Part shown: one piece after another, positions 28,188-38,147 of the stretch
How positions within the stretch are numbered: position 1 is the first letter of the stretch
How the letters are laid out: every line of letters starts with the position of its first letter
Assembly (NCBI GenBank): GCA_041303615.1
Contig: JBFYOX010000003.1
Coordinates: 1,333 to 65,332, forward strand
Reading direction: 5' to 3'
Length of the DNA stretch: 64,000 nucleotides
Source: Actinomycetes bacterium
Lineage (GTDB): Bacteria > Actinomycetota > Actinomycetes > Nanopelagicales > Nanopelagicaceae
Position numbers and translations under genes: made by a program
Notes under the pieces: generated by a model
Seen by the model: the letters and a program-made list of their open reading frames with translations, nothing else
Told to the model about the DNA's origin: nothing
Database searches by the model: none

Positions 28188-29653
28188 TGAGCACTAATAT
28201 CGAATTACCTGATCTTGGTTTTACCGCCCTCGCACGATACGCATGGCGTCAATTAACAAGTATGCGAACTGCGCTGATACTTCTGATGCTGATGGGTGTA
28301 GCGGCTATTCCAGGTTCACTGGTCCCACAACGGATTACAAACCAGATAGCAGTTCGTGAACTATTTCAAACAAATCCAGAGTTAGCTAAATGGTATGACC
28401 GTTTCTATCTCTTTGATGTCTACGGATCGCCATGGTTTAGCGCAATCTACATATTGCTCTTTATCTCTCTAATTGGCTGCGTCTTGCCGCGAAGTATTGA
28501 GCATTACAAGGCGATGCGCGCTGCGCCTCCAATTACTCCAAAAAATCTTAACCGACTCTCACATCATCAAGAGATTGCTTTAGATTCAAATGGATTAGAG
28601 CTTGCAGAGGCTTGGTTTAAGAAGAATCGCTTTAGGGTCAGAGCTGAGGATGGCTCTATTTCTGCAGAGAAGGGTTACCTGCGTGAAACTGGAAACTTGC
28701 TCTTTCATCTCTCGCTAATTCTGATTCTCGTCGGGGTCAGTTTTGGATCACTCTTCGGTATGCGAGGAGAAGCGATAGTCAACGTAGGCGAAAGATTTAT
28801 CAATGTTCCAACTTCATTCGACACTCTCGCATATGGAAAACTCAAAAATGAAAACGCTTTATCGCCCTTTCAAATAAAAGTTGATAGATTTGAAGCGAAG
28901 TACAACCCGAAGACCAACGCCCCAGAGGATTACACGGCTTGGGTTTCCGTGAAAGAGTCTGGAGTAATTTCCAAGAAAGTCCTGAAAGTTAATAGCCCTC
29001 TCACCTTCGGAAATACTCGCGTCTATCTCCAGGCAAATGGCTATAGCCCAGTTGTAACTGTTCGAGATTCACTCCAGAACGTTGTATTTCAAGGACCGGT
29101 ACCTTTTTTACCTCAAGATGGGAATTTGAGATCTATCGGTTCAATTAAAGTTCCTGATGCAACTCCACAAGTTGGATTTGTCTCTTCATTTGTTCCAACA
29201 AATGCTCGTACAACAGATCAAGGCGCTGTATCTATTTATCCCGAACTTCTTGATCCTAAGTTGCTCTTCTCTGTCTGGGAGGGCGACCTCGGATTAGATT
29301 CAGGAATTCCTCAATCGGTTTACAAAATTGATACAACAAATTTAAAACAGATCGCACTAGGTTCTGTTAAACCAGGCGAGACCTATTCATATACAGGCGG
29401 CTCAATCACCTTGGAGACAGTCGTACCGTGGATCAATCTTCAGATTGTTGAAGATCCCGGAAAGAGTTATGCGCTGCTCGGGGGTATTGTTGCCATCCTC
29501 GGATTATTGGCATCGCTGTATGGCAGACGCCGCCGCATCTGGGTTCGTAAAACTCAAGAAGGAGTCGAAATAGCTGGTCTTGCAAAGAACAGCGCTCCAG
29601 GGCTAGATCTGGAATTAGAAAAACTAGTTAAGTTCTTAATGGGAGAGAAGTAA
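28187..29653 (+). CDS. resB: Cytochrome c biogenesis protein ResB/CcsB
   Basis: LTSMRTAL..GSLVPQ, FDVYGSPWF, GNLLFHLS, VNSPL motifs. Confidence 0.93.
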   Translation: MSTNIELPDLGFTALARYAWRQLTSMRTALILLMLMGVAAIPGSLVPQRITNQIAVRELFQTNPELAKWYDRFYLFDVYGSPWFSAIYILLFISLIGCVLPRSIEHYKAMRAAPPITPKNLNRLSHHQEIALDSNGLELAEAWFKKNRFRVRAEDGSISAEKGYLRETGNLLFHLSLILILVGVSFGSLFGMRGEAIVNVGERFINVPTSFDTLAYGKLKNENALSPFQIKVDRFEAKYNPKTNAPEDYTAWVSVKESGVISKKVLKVNSPLTFGNTRVYLQANGYSPVVTVRDSLQNVVFQGPVPFLPQDGNLRSIGSIKVPDATPQVGFVSSFVPTNARTTDQGAVSIYPELLDPKLLFSVWEGDLGLDSGIPQSVYKIDTTNLKQIALGSVKPGETYSYTGGSITLETVVPWINLQIVEDPGKSYALLGGIVAILGLLASLYGRRRRIWVRKTQEGVEIAGLAKNSAPGLDLELEKLVKFLMGEK

Positions 29654-30567
29654 TGCAGACAACGTGGGCTTATATTTCAAACTACTTTGTTTATTCTGCG
29701 ATGGCAGTCTTCGCACTCTCCTTTATTGCCCATGCATTTGAGACTGCTTTCGCTGTCCGCTCACCTGAGAATTCAGATTCAACGGCTGGAAATCTCATAA
29801 CGAAGACTCTTGATTACAAACGCACAGAACGCGCAGCGCGAGTTGCAACGGCGCTTATGATTCTAGGTTTTCTTCTTCTGCTTGCTGGCGTCATTTCTCG
29901 TGGAATCTCTAATGGACATGTGCCTTGGGGCAATATGTATGAGTTCTCAATCACCGGCGCTCTTACCTTTACCGGCGCGTATCTCATCGCACTTCGCAAA
30001 TACGATCTCCGTTGGCTCGGACTCTTCATCTCTCTAGGTGTTTTACTCACGCTAGGTACAGCAATCACACTGCTCTACCGAGATAGCGCCCCACTTGTTC
30101 CAGCGCTTAAGTCGACATGGTTAGTTATCCATGTCGTTGCAGCGATTATTTCCGGTGGAGTTTTCCTACTTGCAAATATTATTGCTGGGGCTTATCTCTA
30201 CTTAGATCGCCTTGAATCTCGCGGCGGAAGACCCGCATGGTTACGCCGACTTCCGGATCTCGATCTCTTGGATCAACTCTCTTACAGACTTGTTGCATTT
30301 GTCTTCCCACTTTGGACATTTTCAGTGATCGCCGGTGCAATTTGGGCCGAGAGCGCATGGGGACGTTACTGGGGCTGGGATCCAAAAGAGACCTGGGCAT
30401 TTATTACATGGGTTGCATACGCGGCATATCTCCATGCTCGCGTGACGGTTGGGTGGAGAGGGCGTAGAGCTGCTTGGCTTTGTATCTTTGCAGGATCTAC
30501 ATTCCTATTTAACTATGTCTATGTAAATGTCTGGGGCACAGGTAAGCACACTTACTCTGGTCTTTAA
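29653..30567 (+). CDS. ccsA: Cytochrome c synthase, WWD-domain subunit (ResC/CcsA)
   Basis: PWGNMYEF, WLVIHV, WAESAWGRYWGWDPKETW, HTYSG. Confidence 0.95.
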   Translation: MQTTWAYISNYFVYSAMAVFALSFIAHAFETAFAVRSPENSDSTAGNLITKTLDYKRTERAARVATALMILGFLLLLAGVISRGISNGHVPWGNMYEFSITGALTFTGAYLIALRKYDLRWLGLFISLGVLLTLGTAITLLYRDSAPLVPALKSTWLVIHVVAAIISGGVFLLANIIAGAYLYLDRLESRGGRPAWLRRLPDLDLLDQLSYRLVAFVFPLWTFSVIAGAIWAESAWGRYWGWDPKETWAFITWVAYAAYLHARVTVGWRGRRAAWLCIFAGSTFLFNYVYVNVWGTGKHTYSGL

Positions 30568-30575
30568 TGTAAGTT

Positions 30576-30842
30576 TTACAAACCCTTCAAAAAATCTGGA
30601 TCGTCATCAGGAGGCAAGATTCGCTTCTGAGGCTTATTCTTCTTTGGAAGGTTCTTCAAGGGATTGCGTCCAACAACTAAGTATGCAATTGGCCCAAAGA
30701 TTCCGGTGAGCAAGATTGCAAGCAGCCAGCCCCACTTAGGTAACTTACGAATTTCAGTCTCATCGCGGCGGGCACAATCGATAAATGTATAGAGCGTGAG
30801 CGCTAGAGATGCGATTACAAAGAAACCTTGGAATTTAATCAT
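30576..30842 (-). CDS. Small membrane protein with PLDc N-terminal domain
   Basis: YTFIDC..IRKLPKWGW..GPIAYLVVGR..PDDDPDFL pattern. Confidence 0.82.
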   Translation of the reverse strand: MIKFQGFFVIASLALTLYTFIDCARRDETEIRKLPKWGWLLAILLTGIFGPIAYLVVGRNPLKNLPKKNKPQKRILPPDDDPDFLKGL

Positions 30843-30859
30843 GGGTTAATTGTAATAGG

Positions 30860-31705
30860 TTATAGAGCAAGCGCCACAGCGAAGGTAAGGGCGAAGAGAA
30901 TTTGTAGTTTTCCCGTGAGAGCAAGTAGTGGAATGAGAGCACTCCCTGTTGCGCCCCTAAGAACGCTCTTTATGAGTGGTAATGAGATGGGGAGAGTTGC
31001 AAGGGTAATGAAGGCCCAGACGGATGCTGTAAGAAATGCGAAGATATAAGCAGCAAGTATTAGTGCAACGAAGTAAAGGCGTGAGGCTCGGTCTCCGAGT
31101 CGTACGGCAAGTGTCCTCTTTCCAACCTTCTCATCTTCAACGCGATCCCGCAGATTATTAATTGCTAAAAGTGCACATGAGAGCGAACCAATTGGAATCG
31201 AAACCAAGAAAATCTTCCAAGTAAATTCTAGAGTTTGGACGTAGTAAGTACCCATCGTTGCGATAACGCCAAAGAAGAGAAATACAGAAATATCTCCAAG
31301 GCCCTGATAGCCATAAGGATTTTTTCCGCCCGTATATCCCCAGGCAGCGATTATTGAAGCCAAGCCAATAAGAATTACCCACCATGATGTAACTGCCGCA
31401 AGTGCTAACCCAGCTGTGGATGCAAGAAAGAATGAGATATAGGCAGCTCGTTTCACAGCAGCAGCTGGCGCTAATCCTGATGCGGTGAGTCGAATTGGAC
31501 CTACGCGATTGTTATCTGTTCCGCGTACCCCATCTGAGTAATCATTTGAATAATTAACCCCTACTTGAAGCAGCAGGCTTACAAAGAGTGCGAGTGCGGC
31601 ATGTGCTGGAGACCATTCACTGCCGGCAAAAACGGTAGCCACAAGCACAGGGGCAACCGCAGCTGGCAAAGTTCGGGGGCGTGCGCCCTGAATCCAGATA
31701 TTAAT
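30860..31705 (-). CDS. menA: 1,4-dihydroxy-2-naphthoate polyprenyltransferase
   Basis: WIQGARPRTL N-terminal motif, NYSNDYSDG, YTGG..PYGY, NNLRD..D..GKRTLAVRLG. Start proposed at ATT 31705; the first canonical start (TTG 31669) lies inside the conserved motif. Confidence 0.92.
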   Translation of the reverse strand: MNIWIQGARPRTLPAAVAPVLVATVFAGSEWSPAHAALALFVSLLLQVGVNYSNDYSDGVRGTDNNRVGPIRLTASGLAPAAAVKRAAYISFFLASTAGLALAAVTSWWVILIGLASIIAAWGYTGGKNPYGYQGLGDISVFLFFGVIATMGTYYVQTLEFTWKIFLVSIPIGSLSCALLAINNLRDRVEDEKVGKRTLAVRLGDRASRLYFVALILAAYIFAFLTASVWAFITLATLPISLPLIKSVLRGATGSALIPLLALTGKLQILFALTFAVALAL

Positions 31706-32795
31706 TTGGAGCCTCCATATGTAGTTCTGCTAATTTAATTCGATCCACCTTACCAATACCAATCAGAGGCAGCTCGGGAAGAAAGAGATATCCCTTTGGT
31801 TTGGCGAAGCTTCCAAACTCTTGGACGAGGTAATCTGAAATCTCACTTTGTGAGGGAAAACCTTCTCCAGATACTGCAACATGTAGCGCCGCTCCCCATT
31901 GGCTATCACTTACTGGGAATGCTGCAAAAGTTTTATGAGGGAAGTGTTTATGTAGCGCACCCTCAATTGCGCTCAGTGAGATATTTTCTCCCCCAGAGAT
32001 AATGACATCATCACTTCTGCCTTCAACAATCAGCTTTCCATTCTCAATTCTTCCAAAATCTGATGAGTGGAACCAGCCATCGACATTCTGAAGATCCCAA
32101 AGAGTTTCAGCACCTATATAACCCTTAGCAACTACAGAACCTTTTATTGCAATCTTCTTCTCGCCTGTTATAAAAATTTCAACTCCTTCAAGAGGGATAC
32201 CGTTATAGACGCATCCGCCAGTTGTCTCTGTCATTCCGTATGTAGTAACAATTTGAATGCCAGCTTCTTCAGCTTTGACATGCAGCTCTGGAGTTAGATG
32301 TGCACCGCCGACTAGTACCGCTTTGGCTCCTTGAAGATGGCGGAGCAAATTCTCGTCACCGTTAAGTGCGCGATGTAGCTGTGTAGGAACAACAGATGTG
32401 AAATCAACCTTTGGATATTCGCCATCAAAATTTCTTAAATCCACGGGCTCTGTTCCAAGCTCAAGTGCGCGAATTAAGACATTGATTCCGGCAATGTGAG
32501 TTAGCGGAAGCAAAAGAGACCAAACATTTCCAGACTCAGCGCCAAGGAATTTATTCGAAGCCTTTGCAGAAGCTAGAAGTGCAGAGGCGCTTATACCTAC
32601 GCTCTTTGCAGTGCCAGAACTTCCGGTAGTTGAAATAGCGATACAAATTCGATCATTAACTCGGTCTGCTGTCAGTGGGCCGAAGGCCAAGGCAGGACCA
32701 TCTGAAACGAGGGATTTAGCGAGACGGGCCATTAATTCGCTGACAGTCCACTCAGGGTTGGCTGCGCGAAGTTCTCGTTGTGCGTTCTGCTCCAT
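31701..32795 (-). CDS. menE: o-succinylbenzoate--CoA ligase
   Basis: AMP-binding TTGSSGTAK, HIAG, TYGMTET, GRSDDVIISGGEN, GKVDR; men cluster context. Confidence 0.9.
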   Translation of the reverse strand: MEQNAQRELRAANPEWTVSELMARLAKSLVSDGPALAFGPLTADRVNDRICIAISTTGSSGTAKSVGISASALLASAKASNKFLGAESGNVWSLLLPLTHIAGINVLIRALELGTEPVDLRNFDGEYPKVDFTSVVPTQLHRALNGDENLLRHLQGAKAVLVGGAHLTPELHVKAEEAGIQIVTTYGMTETTGGCVYNGIPLEGVEIFITGEKKIAIKGSVVAKGYIGAETLWDLQNVDGWFHSSDFGRIENGKLIVEGRSDDVIISGGENISLSAIEGALHKHFPHKTFAAFPVSDSQWGAALHVAVSGEGFPSQSEISDYLVQEFGSFAKPKGYLFLPELPLIGIGKVDRIKLAELHMEAPN

Positions 32796-32803
32796 TGCCC
32801 GCG

Positions 32804-32810
32804 TAGGCTA
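32804..32810. promoter_or_regulatory. Overlapping -10 hexamers of divergent menE and menB promoters
   Basis: TAGGCTA reads TAGGCT on plus (toward menB) and TAGCCT on minus (9 nt before the menE ATG). Confidence 0.5.
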
Positions 32811-32836
32811 TCGCTCGTAGACCAACTGGAGGAACC

Positions 32837-33715
32837 GTGAGTAAGCCGATTAAGCGTGATTTTGGTGACCGAACTATCCCTGCTTGGGCAACTGGCCCCG
32901 GTGGAGAAAAATTTACTGACATCACCTACGAAGTTGCAGATGGCATGGCGAAGATAACTATCAATCGCCCTGAGGTCCGCAATGCATTTCGCCCGCAAAC
33001 AATTATTGAACTGAAAGTTGCCTTTGATCTAGCTCGCGACAATGCAGAAGTTGGAGTCATTATTCTCACCGGCAAAGGTGATGAAGCATTCTGTTCTGGC
33101 GGGGATATCAGCGTTCGTGGTGATGATGGTTATCTCGGCGATGACACGCTTGCCCAACAAGGCGTCGGACGACTTAATGTTTTGGATTTGCAAGTACAGA
33201 TTCGTCGCACACCAAAACCTGTTGTTGCGATGATTGCTGGCTGGGCAATTGGCGGTGGTCATGTTCTTCATGTTGTCTGTGATCTTTCTATTGCTGCCGA
33301 CAATGCAAAGTTTGGTCAGACAGGTCCCATGGTTGGTTCATTTGATGGTGGGTATGGATCAGGGCTACTTGCTGCAAGTGTTGGTCAGAAGAAAGCTCGC
33401 GAAATTTGGTTCCTAACCCGCCAATACGATGCGACAGAAGCGCTATCGATGGGACTTGTTAACACGGTTGTTCCACTTAAAGAGTTAGAGGCAGAGACAG
33501 TTTCATGGTGCCGCGAGATGTTGCAGAACTCACCTATGGCTCTTCGTCTTCTGAAGGCTTCAATGAATGCAGCAGATGATGGCTTGGCAGGAGTCCAACA
33601 ACTTGCAGGCGATGCAACCCTTCTCTTCTATTTATCTGAGGAAGGTCAAGAAGGACGTGATGCATATAAAGAGAAGCGCAAACCAGATTTTGGAAAGTTT
33701 CCGCGGCGTCCTTAA
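32837..33715 (+). CDS. menB: 1,4-dihydroxy-2-naphthoyl-CoA synthase
   Basis: [45 protein letters not shown]. Confidence 0.97.
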   Translation: MSKPIKRDFGDRTIPAWATGPGGEKFTDITYEVADGMAKITINRPEVRNAFRPQTIIELKVAFDLARDNAEVGVIILTGKGDEAFCSGGDISVRGDDGYLGDDTLAQQGVGRLNVLDLQVQIRRTPKPVVAMIAGWAIGGGHVLHVVCDLSIAADNAKFGQTGPMVGSFDGGYGSGLLAASVGQKKAREIWFLTRQYDATEALSMGLVNTVVPLKELEAETVSWCREMLQNSPMALRLLKASMNAADDGLAGVQQLAGDATLLFYLSEEGQEGRDAYKEKRKPDFGKFPRRP

Positions 33716-33732
33716 CTTCGGGCCCTTAGTTT

Positions 33733-34677
33733 ATGGATCAATCACTTCTCGAAAGTCTGCGCGTAGTTGCGCTTCCCACGAAGACCAATTTTCGTGGAGT
33801 TAGCCTTCGGGAAGTAGCGCTCTTTAAGGGTGAATATGGATGGGGAGAATTTTCGCCATTTCTTGAATATGGTTATGAAGAATGTGTCCCTTGGTTAACT
33901 AGTGCAATAGAGGCTGCAACAAAGCCGCTACCAGTTCTCTTTCGTAAAACTGTGAAGGTCAATGGAACTATTCCAGCAACGAACGATAAAGATGTAGTTA
34001 ATTCGCTTATCGCTTCTTATAGTGGCGTAAAGACTTACAAGGTTAAAGTTGGAGATAACCTAAGTGAAGATATTGTGCGTCTTGCACGAATTCGTTCACT
34101 TGGCCGTGACATCAAGATTCGCATCGACGTAAATGGGCTTTGGAGCGTAAAAAATGCGCTCACTAATCTCTATGCATTCTATGAAGAAGTTGGTCCATTT
34201 GAATATGTTGAACAACCATGTGCAACCCTTGATGAGTTACGTGAATTAAAGTCAAGTATTCGTATTCCATTGAGGATTGCCGTAGATGAAGCCGTCCGCA
34301 AAGCTCAGGACCCATTTGCGATTAATCTCGATGGAGCAGCCGATATTGTGATGCTTAAAGTTCAACCGCTGGGCGGCATTACCCGTGCGCATAAATTGGC
34401 AGAACACCACAAACTTCCAGTAGTTGTATCTAGTGCACTAGAGAGCGCCGTTGGAATCAATTACGGTCTTGCTCTGGCTGCCTCATTCAAGGAAATGAAT
34501 TTCGATTGCGGTCTTGGTACAGGCTCTCTACTTGCCTCTGATCTTGCTCACCTGCCGATTGTCGATGGCGAGATTGAAATTAGTGAGATTGAACCTAACT
34601 TCGATGGCTTAGATGTGTCAGCAGATCGTTATGAATGGTGGAAGAATCGCATTATGAAAACTGCGGAGCTACTGTGA
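33733..34677 (+). CDS. menC: o-succinylbenzoate synthase
   Basis: WGEFSPF, KVKV, RIDVN, EQPC, DEA, KVQPLGG, CGLGT enolase-superfamily motifs. Confidence 0.93.
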   Translation: MDQSLLESLRVVALPTKTNFRGVSLREVALFKGEYGWGEFSPFLEYGYEECVPWLTSAIEAATKPLPVLFRKTVKVNGTIPATNDKDVVNSLIASYSGVKTYKVKVGDNLSEDIVRLARIRSLGRDIKIRIDVNGLWSVKNALTNLYAFYEEVGPFEYVEQPCATLDELRELKSSIRIPLRIAVDEAVRKAQDPFAINLDGAADIVMLKVQPLGGITRAHKLAEHHKLPVVVSSALESAVGINYGLALAASFKEMNFDCGLGTGSLLASDLAHLPIVDGEIEISEIEPNFDGLDVSADRYEWWKNRIMKTAELL

Positions 34678-36251
34678 TTACCGAATCAACAAAGCTCGCT
34701 CGCGTGATTGTTCGCCAGATTCTTGAAGCTGGCGTGACCGATGTTGTGATCTCTCCAGGTTCTAGAAATGCACCTCTTTCGCTCGCCTTTTTCGCAGCTA
34801 GCAAGCGCGGTCTAATTAAGCTTCACACCCGAATTGATGAACGCACCGCAGCCTTCTTCGCACTTGGAATCGCTAAAGCCTCTGGAAGACCAGTGCCGAT
34901 CGTCTGTACGAGCGGAACCGCTGTTGCCAATTACCATCCTGCAGTTTTAGAGGCATCGCATACAAACCTTCCGCTCCTAGTTCTGACTGCGGATCGCCCC
35001 GCAGCGTTACGTAGAACCGGAGCAAATCAAACAACTGAGCAAGCACGCATCTTCGGTAAAGCGGTTCGATACTTTGCAGATATCTCAGGTACTGCGTATC
35101 CAATGACACTTCCCTTTAACTCACTTCACTCTGGCCCGGTTCATCTCAATATTCAATTCGAAGAACCACTTGTAGGGGATAACGACGAAGAATGGCTCAA
35201 TGAAATAAATGTTTTTGCGCCAAAGGTCTTTGCCCGTAAGAAGGCGGGAACTTTCTTCACCAAATCAACTCGTGGAATCTTGGTCGTTGGCCATGACCGA
35301 GGTGGCCTTGACTTAAATGATGTTCAGGAATTTGCTAAACATTTAGGTTGGCCGGTAATTGCAGAAGACCCGTTCTCTTTCCCAGACGCCCTTGCACACG
35401 CAAGCATCTTCCTAACTTCAAAAACAATTGCCGAGGATGTTGCTCCAGATACTGTTGTTGTAATCGGCAGAACCACACTTTCCCGCTCGATAAATGGGTT
35501 AATCAACTCTGCCCGTAAAGTAATTGCAATAGATCCTCGAATGGCCACGGTAGATTCGGATCGAGTAGCTGCGCAGAAATTTACTCAGCTTCCTGCTATC
35601 GAAGCCCCAACACCTGACGCCGAATACGAGCAGAAGTTACAGAAGTATTCACAGAGGGCTCAGAAGTTGGTCTCAGAGATATCAGATTGGTCTGAGGCGC
35701 TCGTCGCTCGCGAAATCGCAGGAGCGCTTCCGTCAGGTACTTCACTCTTTATTTCATCATCTAGACCCATCAGAGATCTCGAAGGTTTCGCTCAACCTCG
35801 AGGCGGAGTTGAAACCTTTGCTAATCGCGGCCTTGCCGGAATCGATGGAAATATTTCAACTGCATTAGGAATAGCTTCACAGAGAAGTTCAACAGTTGCG
35901 GTGCTCGGCGATCTAGGTTTTCTCCATGATCTAACAGGCTTGATTCACAATGAAGATATCAATCTCAGGATTTTTGTGATTGATAACAATGGCGGCGGAA
36001 TCTTCTCGACCCTTAGTCAGCGCGGAGTCGAAGGGTTTGAGGCGGTTTTTGGAACCCCTCACAACTTAGATCTCGTGGCACTTGCAAAGTCATTTGGAAT
36101 CAATGCTTCGACAGTTGTCAGCAAAGCCGAAATTCTAGCGGAGTTTAAGAAACCGGTTATCGGTCTCAGCGTTGTGGTTGTAAAAGTTCCAGACCGCGAA
36201 TCAAATGCGGATGCATTGCAAGGAATTTATAAGAGCATCTCATCCATGTAG
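34674..36251 (+). CDS. menD: SEPHCHC synthase
   Basis: SPGSRNAPL, DERTAAF, CTSGTA, TADRP, NRGLAGIDG, GDL..HD, NNGGGIF; start GTG 34674 overlaps menC stop. Confidence 0.96.
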   Translation: MITESTKLARVIVRQILEAGVTDVVISPGSRNAPLSLAFFAASKRGLIKLHTRIDERTAAFFALGIAKASGRPVPIVCTSGTAVANYHPAVLEASHTNLPLLVLTADRPAALRRTGANQTTEQARIFGKAVRYFADISGTAYPMTLPFNSLHSGPVHLNIQFEEPLVGDNDEEWLNEINVFAPKVFARKKAGTFFTKSTRGILVVGHDRGGLDLNDVQEFAKHLGWPVIAEDPFSFPDALAHASIFLTSKTIAEDVAPDTVVVIGRTTLSRSINGLINSARKVIAIDPRMATVDSDRVAAQKFTQLPAIEAPTPDAEYEQKLQKYSQRAQKLVSEISDWSEALVAREIAGALPSGTSLFISSSRPIRDLEGFAQPRGGVETFANRGLAGIDGNISTALGIASQRSSTVAVLGDLGFLHDLTGLIHNEDINLRIFVIDNNGGGIFSTLSQRGVEGFEAVFGTPHNLDLVALAKSFGINASTVVSKAEILAEFKKPVIGLSVVVVKVPDRESNADALQGIYKSISSM

Positions 36252-37463
36252 CGCAGAGCGCATTGGAATCATCTTGGCATTACTTTCTTCAACTTCCTTT
36301 TCAGGATTTGATGCTGCGACGATTCCACAACCTGCAAAGATTCGAATTTCTCGACCACTAATTTGACCACAGCGAAGTGCAATACCAAGCTCTCCATCAC
36401 CACTTGCATCAATCCAACCTACAGGTCCTGCGTAGCGACCGCGGTCCATGCCCTCGATTTCATCGATAACATCAAAAGCGATATTGCGCGGAGTTCCACA
36501 CACAGCAGCAGATGGATGAAGATTCTTTAGGAGTGAAAATGCATCAACGTGTTGCTTTGATTCAATCAAAGCACCTGTTACATCGGTGGCAAGGTGCATC
36601 ACATTTGCTAAGTGAAGTACAAATGGAGATTCTGGAACGTTTGTTGAAGAACAGAATGGATCAAGTGCATCAGCGACAGATCTAACGGCGTATTCGTGCT
36701 CTTCTAAATCTTTCGATGATCGTGCAAGCGATGCGGCAAGAGCCAAATCCTTCTCATCATCACCGGTCTTTGGAATTGTTCCGGCAAGCACGCGCGAAGT
36801 AACCATTCCGCGAGAAAGGCGAAGCAACAGCTCAGGCGTCGCACCAACTAAACCATCTACAGAGAAGACCCACGTTGATGGATACTCAGATGAAAGTTTC
36901 TTAAGTATTGGACGAGTATCAATTTCAGATTCTGATTTTGCGACGATATCGCGAGCAAGAACTACTTTATCTACGGTGTTGGCTTTAACTCTATTGATGG
37001 CTTCAGTTACTCGCTTCTTCCACTCATCTGCGGTCAGCGTTCCTTCACCAAAGGCGAAAATTGCAGGAGTTATAGCGGCTGCGGACTCTGGAAGTTGGGG
37101 CTGTGAATCGCTTCCTATCCAGGTAATCCAAGAGCTCGAACCTTTCTGACCCACAACAACTTTAGGAATAACAATTACGGATTCTTGATTTCTATCGAAA
37201 GAGAAAGAAGTAAAGAGAACAGGCCCTGTACCGCTTCCATGAACAGAGTTGGAGATTGAGAAGGTCTCGAGTTGTTGATGCCACCACTTGCGGGCATCTT
37301 CAAAGCGGTTGCGCCCCGAGACCTTGGTTGTGGCATGAACTCCCCAGCCAACGAGACCTTCGCCGCCTCTAACCCATGACATTTGTTCTTCAGCGGGAAG
37401 TAAATCAAGGAGTGGAAGATGGTCGCCAATCCGAGAAGTGGTGACGGGAATTAATGGGGTCAT
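36240..37463 (-). CDS. menF: Isochorismate synthase
   Basis: KVVLAR, GATPELL, LAGT, KDLEEH, LHPSAAVCGTP, RGRYAGPVG, AGCGIV. Confidence 0.92.
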   Translation of the reverse strand: MTPLIPVTTSRIGDHLPLLDLLPAEEQMSWVRGGEGLVGWGVHATTKVSGRNRFEDARKWWHQQLETFSISNSVHGSGTGPVLFTSFSFDRNQESVIVIPKVVVGQKGSSSWITWIGSDSQPQLPESAAAITPAIFAFGEGTLTADEWKKRVTEAINRVKANTVDKVVLARDIVAKSESEIDTRPILKKLSSEYPSTWVFSVDGLVGATPELLLRLSRGMVTSRVLAGTIPKTGDDEKDLALAASLARSSKDLEEHEYAVRSVADALDPFCSSTNVPESPFVLHLANVMHLATDVTGALIESKQHVDAFSLLKNLHPSAAVCGTPRNIAFDVIDEIEGMDRGRYAGPVGWIDASGDGELGIALRCGQISGREIRIFAGCGIVAASNPEKEVEESNAKMIPMRSALHG

Positions 37464-37475
37464 TGAGAAATTAAA

Positions 37476-38075
37476 TTACTTATTCAGAGTGCGTGAAATC
37501 TTGCGCCAGATGAGCGGCAGTGATGTCGCGGTGATTGCAATCTTAAGTAGTTCTCCGAAGATAAATGGTGTGAGTCCTGCGGCAAAAGTTGCAGACCATG
37601 AGAGCTCAAGCGAGAAGTGCAACCATGTAAGTCCAAAGAAGAAGATGATTGCATCACCGAGGAAAAGCGCTGGAAATGAAGTTTTAAATTTTTGATCTGC
37701 TTTGCGGTCTGCGAGATATCCAAGTACTAGTGATGCAACAAACATTCCCACTAGATAACCACCTGTTGCACCAAGTAAGCGATCGATTCCGTGGTTTGCG
37801 GCACTTGCAGATGGTGCAAAGACGGGAGCCCCAGCGATACCCGCAAGGAGATACGTTGCAAAAGTCATCACACCAAGGCGAGCGCCGTAAGTTGTTCCGA
37901 TTAAGAGTACGGCGAGTGTCTGGCCAGTTACTGGAACGGGAGAACCCGGAACCGGAATCGCAACCTGTGCCATCAAAGTAATAAATCCAACTCCACCCAT
38001 CACAAAGAGAGCCTGAGTCAAAGCGCTGCTGCGAGGAAATACTGTCGCTCGCAGTGATCCTTGATGAAGTGACAT
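37476..38075 (-). CDS. bioY: Biotin transporter BioY (S component)
   Basis: PVPVTGQT, G.PVF, TGGYLVG, PFIFGELLK motifs; GAGGAG SD. Confidence 0.93.
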   Translation of the reverse strand: MSLHQGSLRATVFPRSSALTQALFVMGGVGFITLMAQVAIPVPGSPVPVTGQTLAVLLIGTTYGARLGVMTFATYLLAGIAGAPVFAPSASAANHGIDRLLGATGGYLVGMFVASLVLGYLADRKADQKFKTSFPALFLGDAIIFFFGLTWLHFSLELSWSATFAAGLTPFIFGELLKIAITATSLPLIWRKISRTLNK

Positions 38076-38147
38076 CAGATAGCTCCTCTCGATTAAGCAA
38101 TCGACTTCAAGTTGTGTCCAGAGCCTACTCTCAGCGACAATAAGGGC

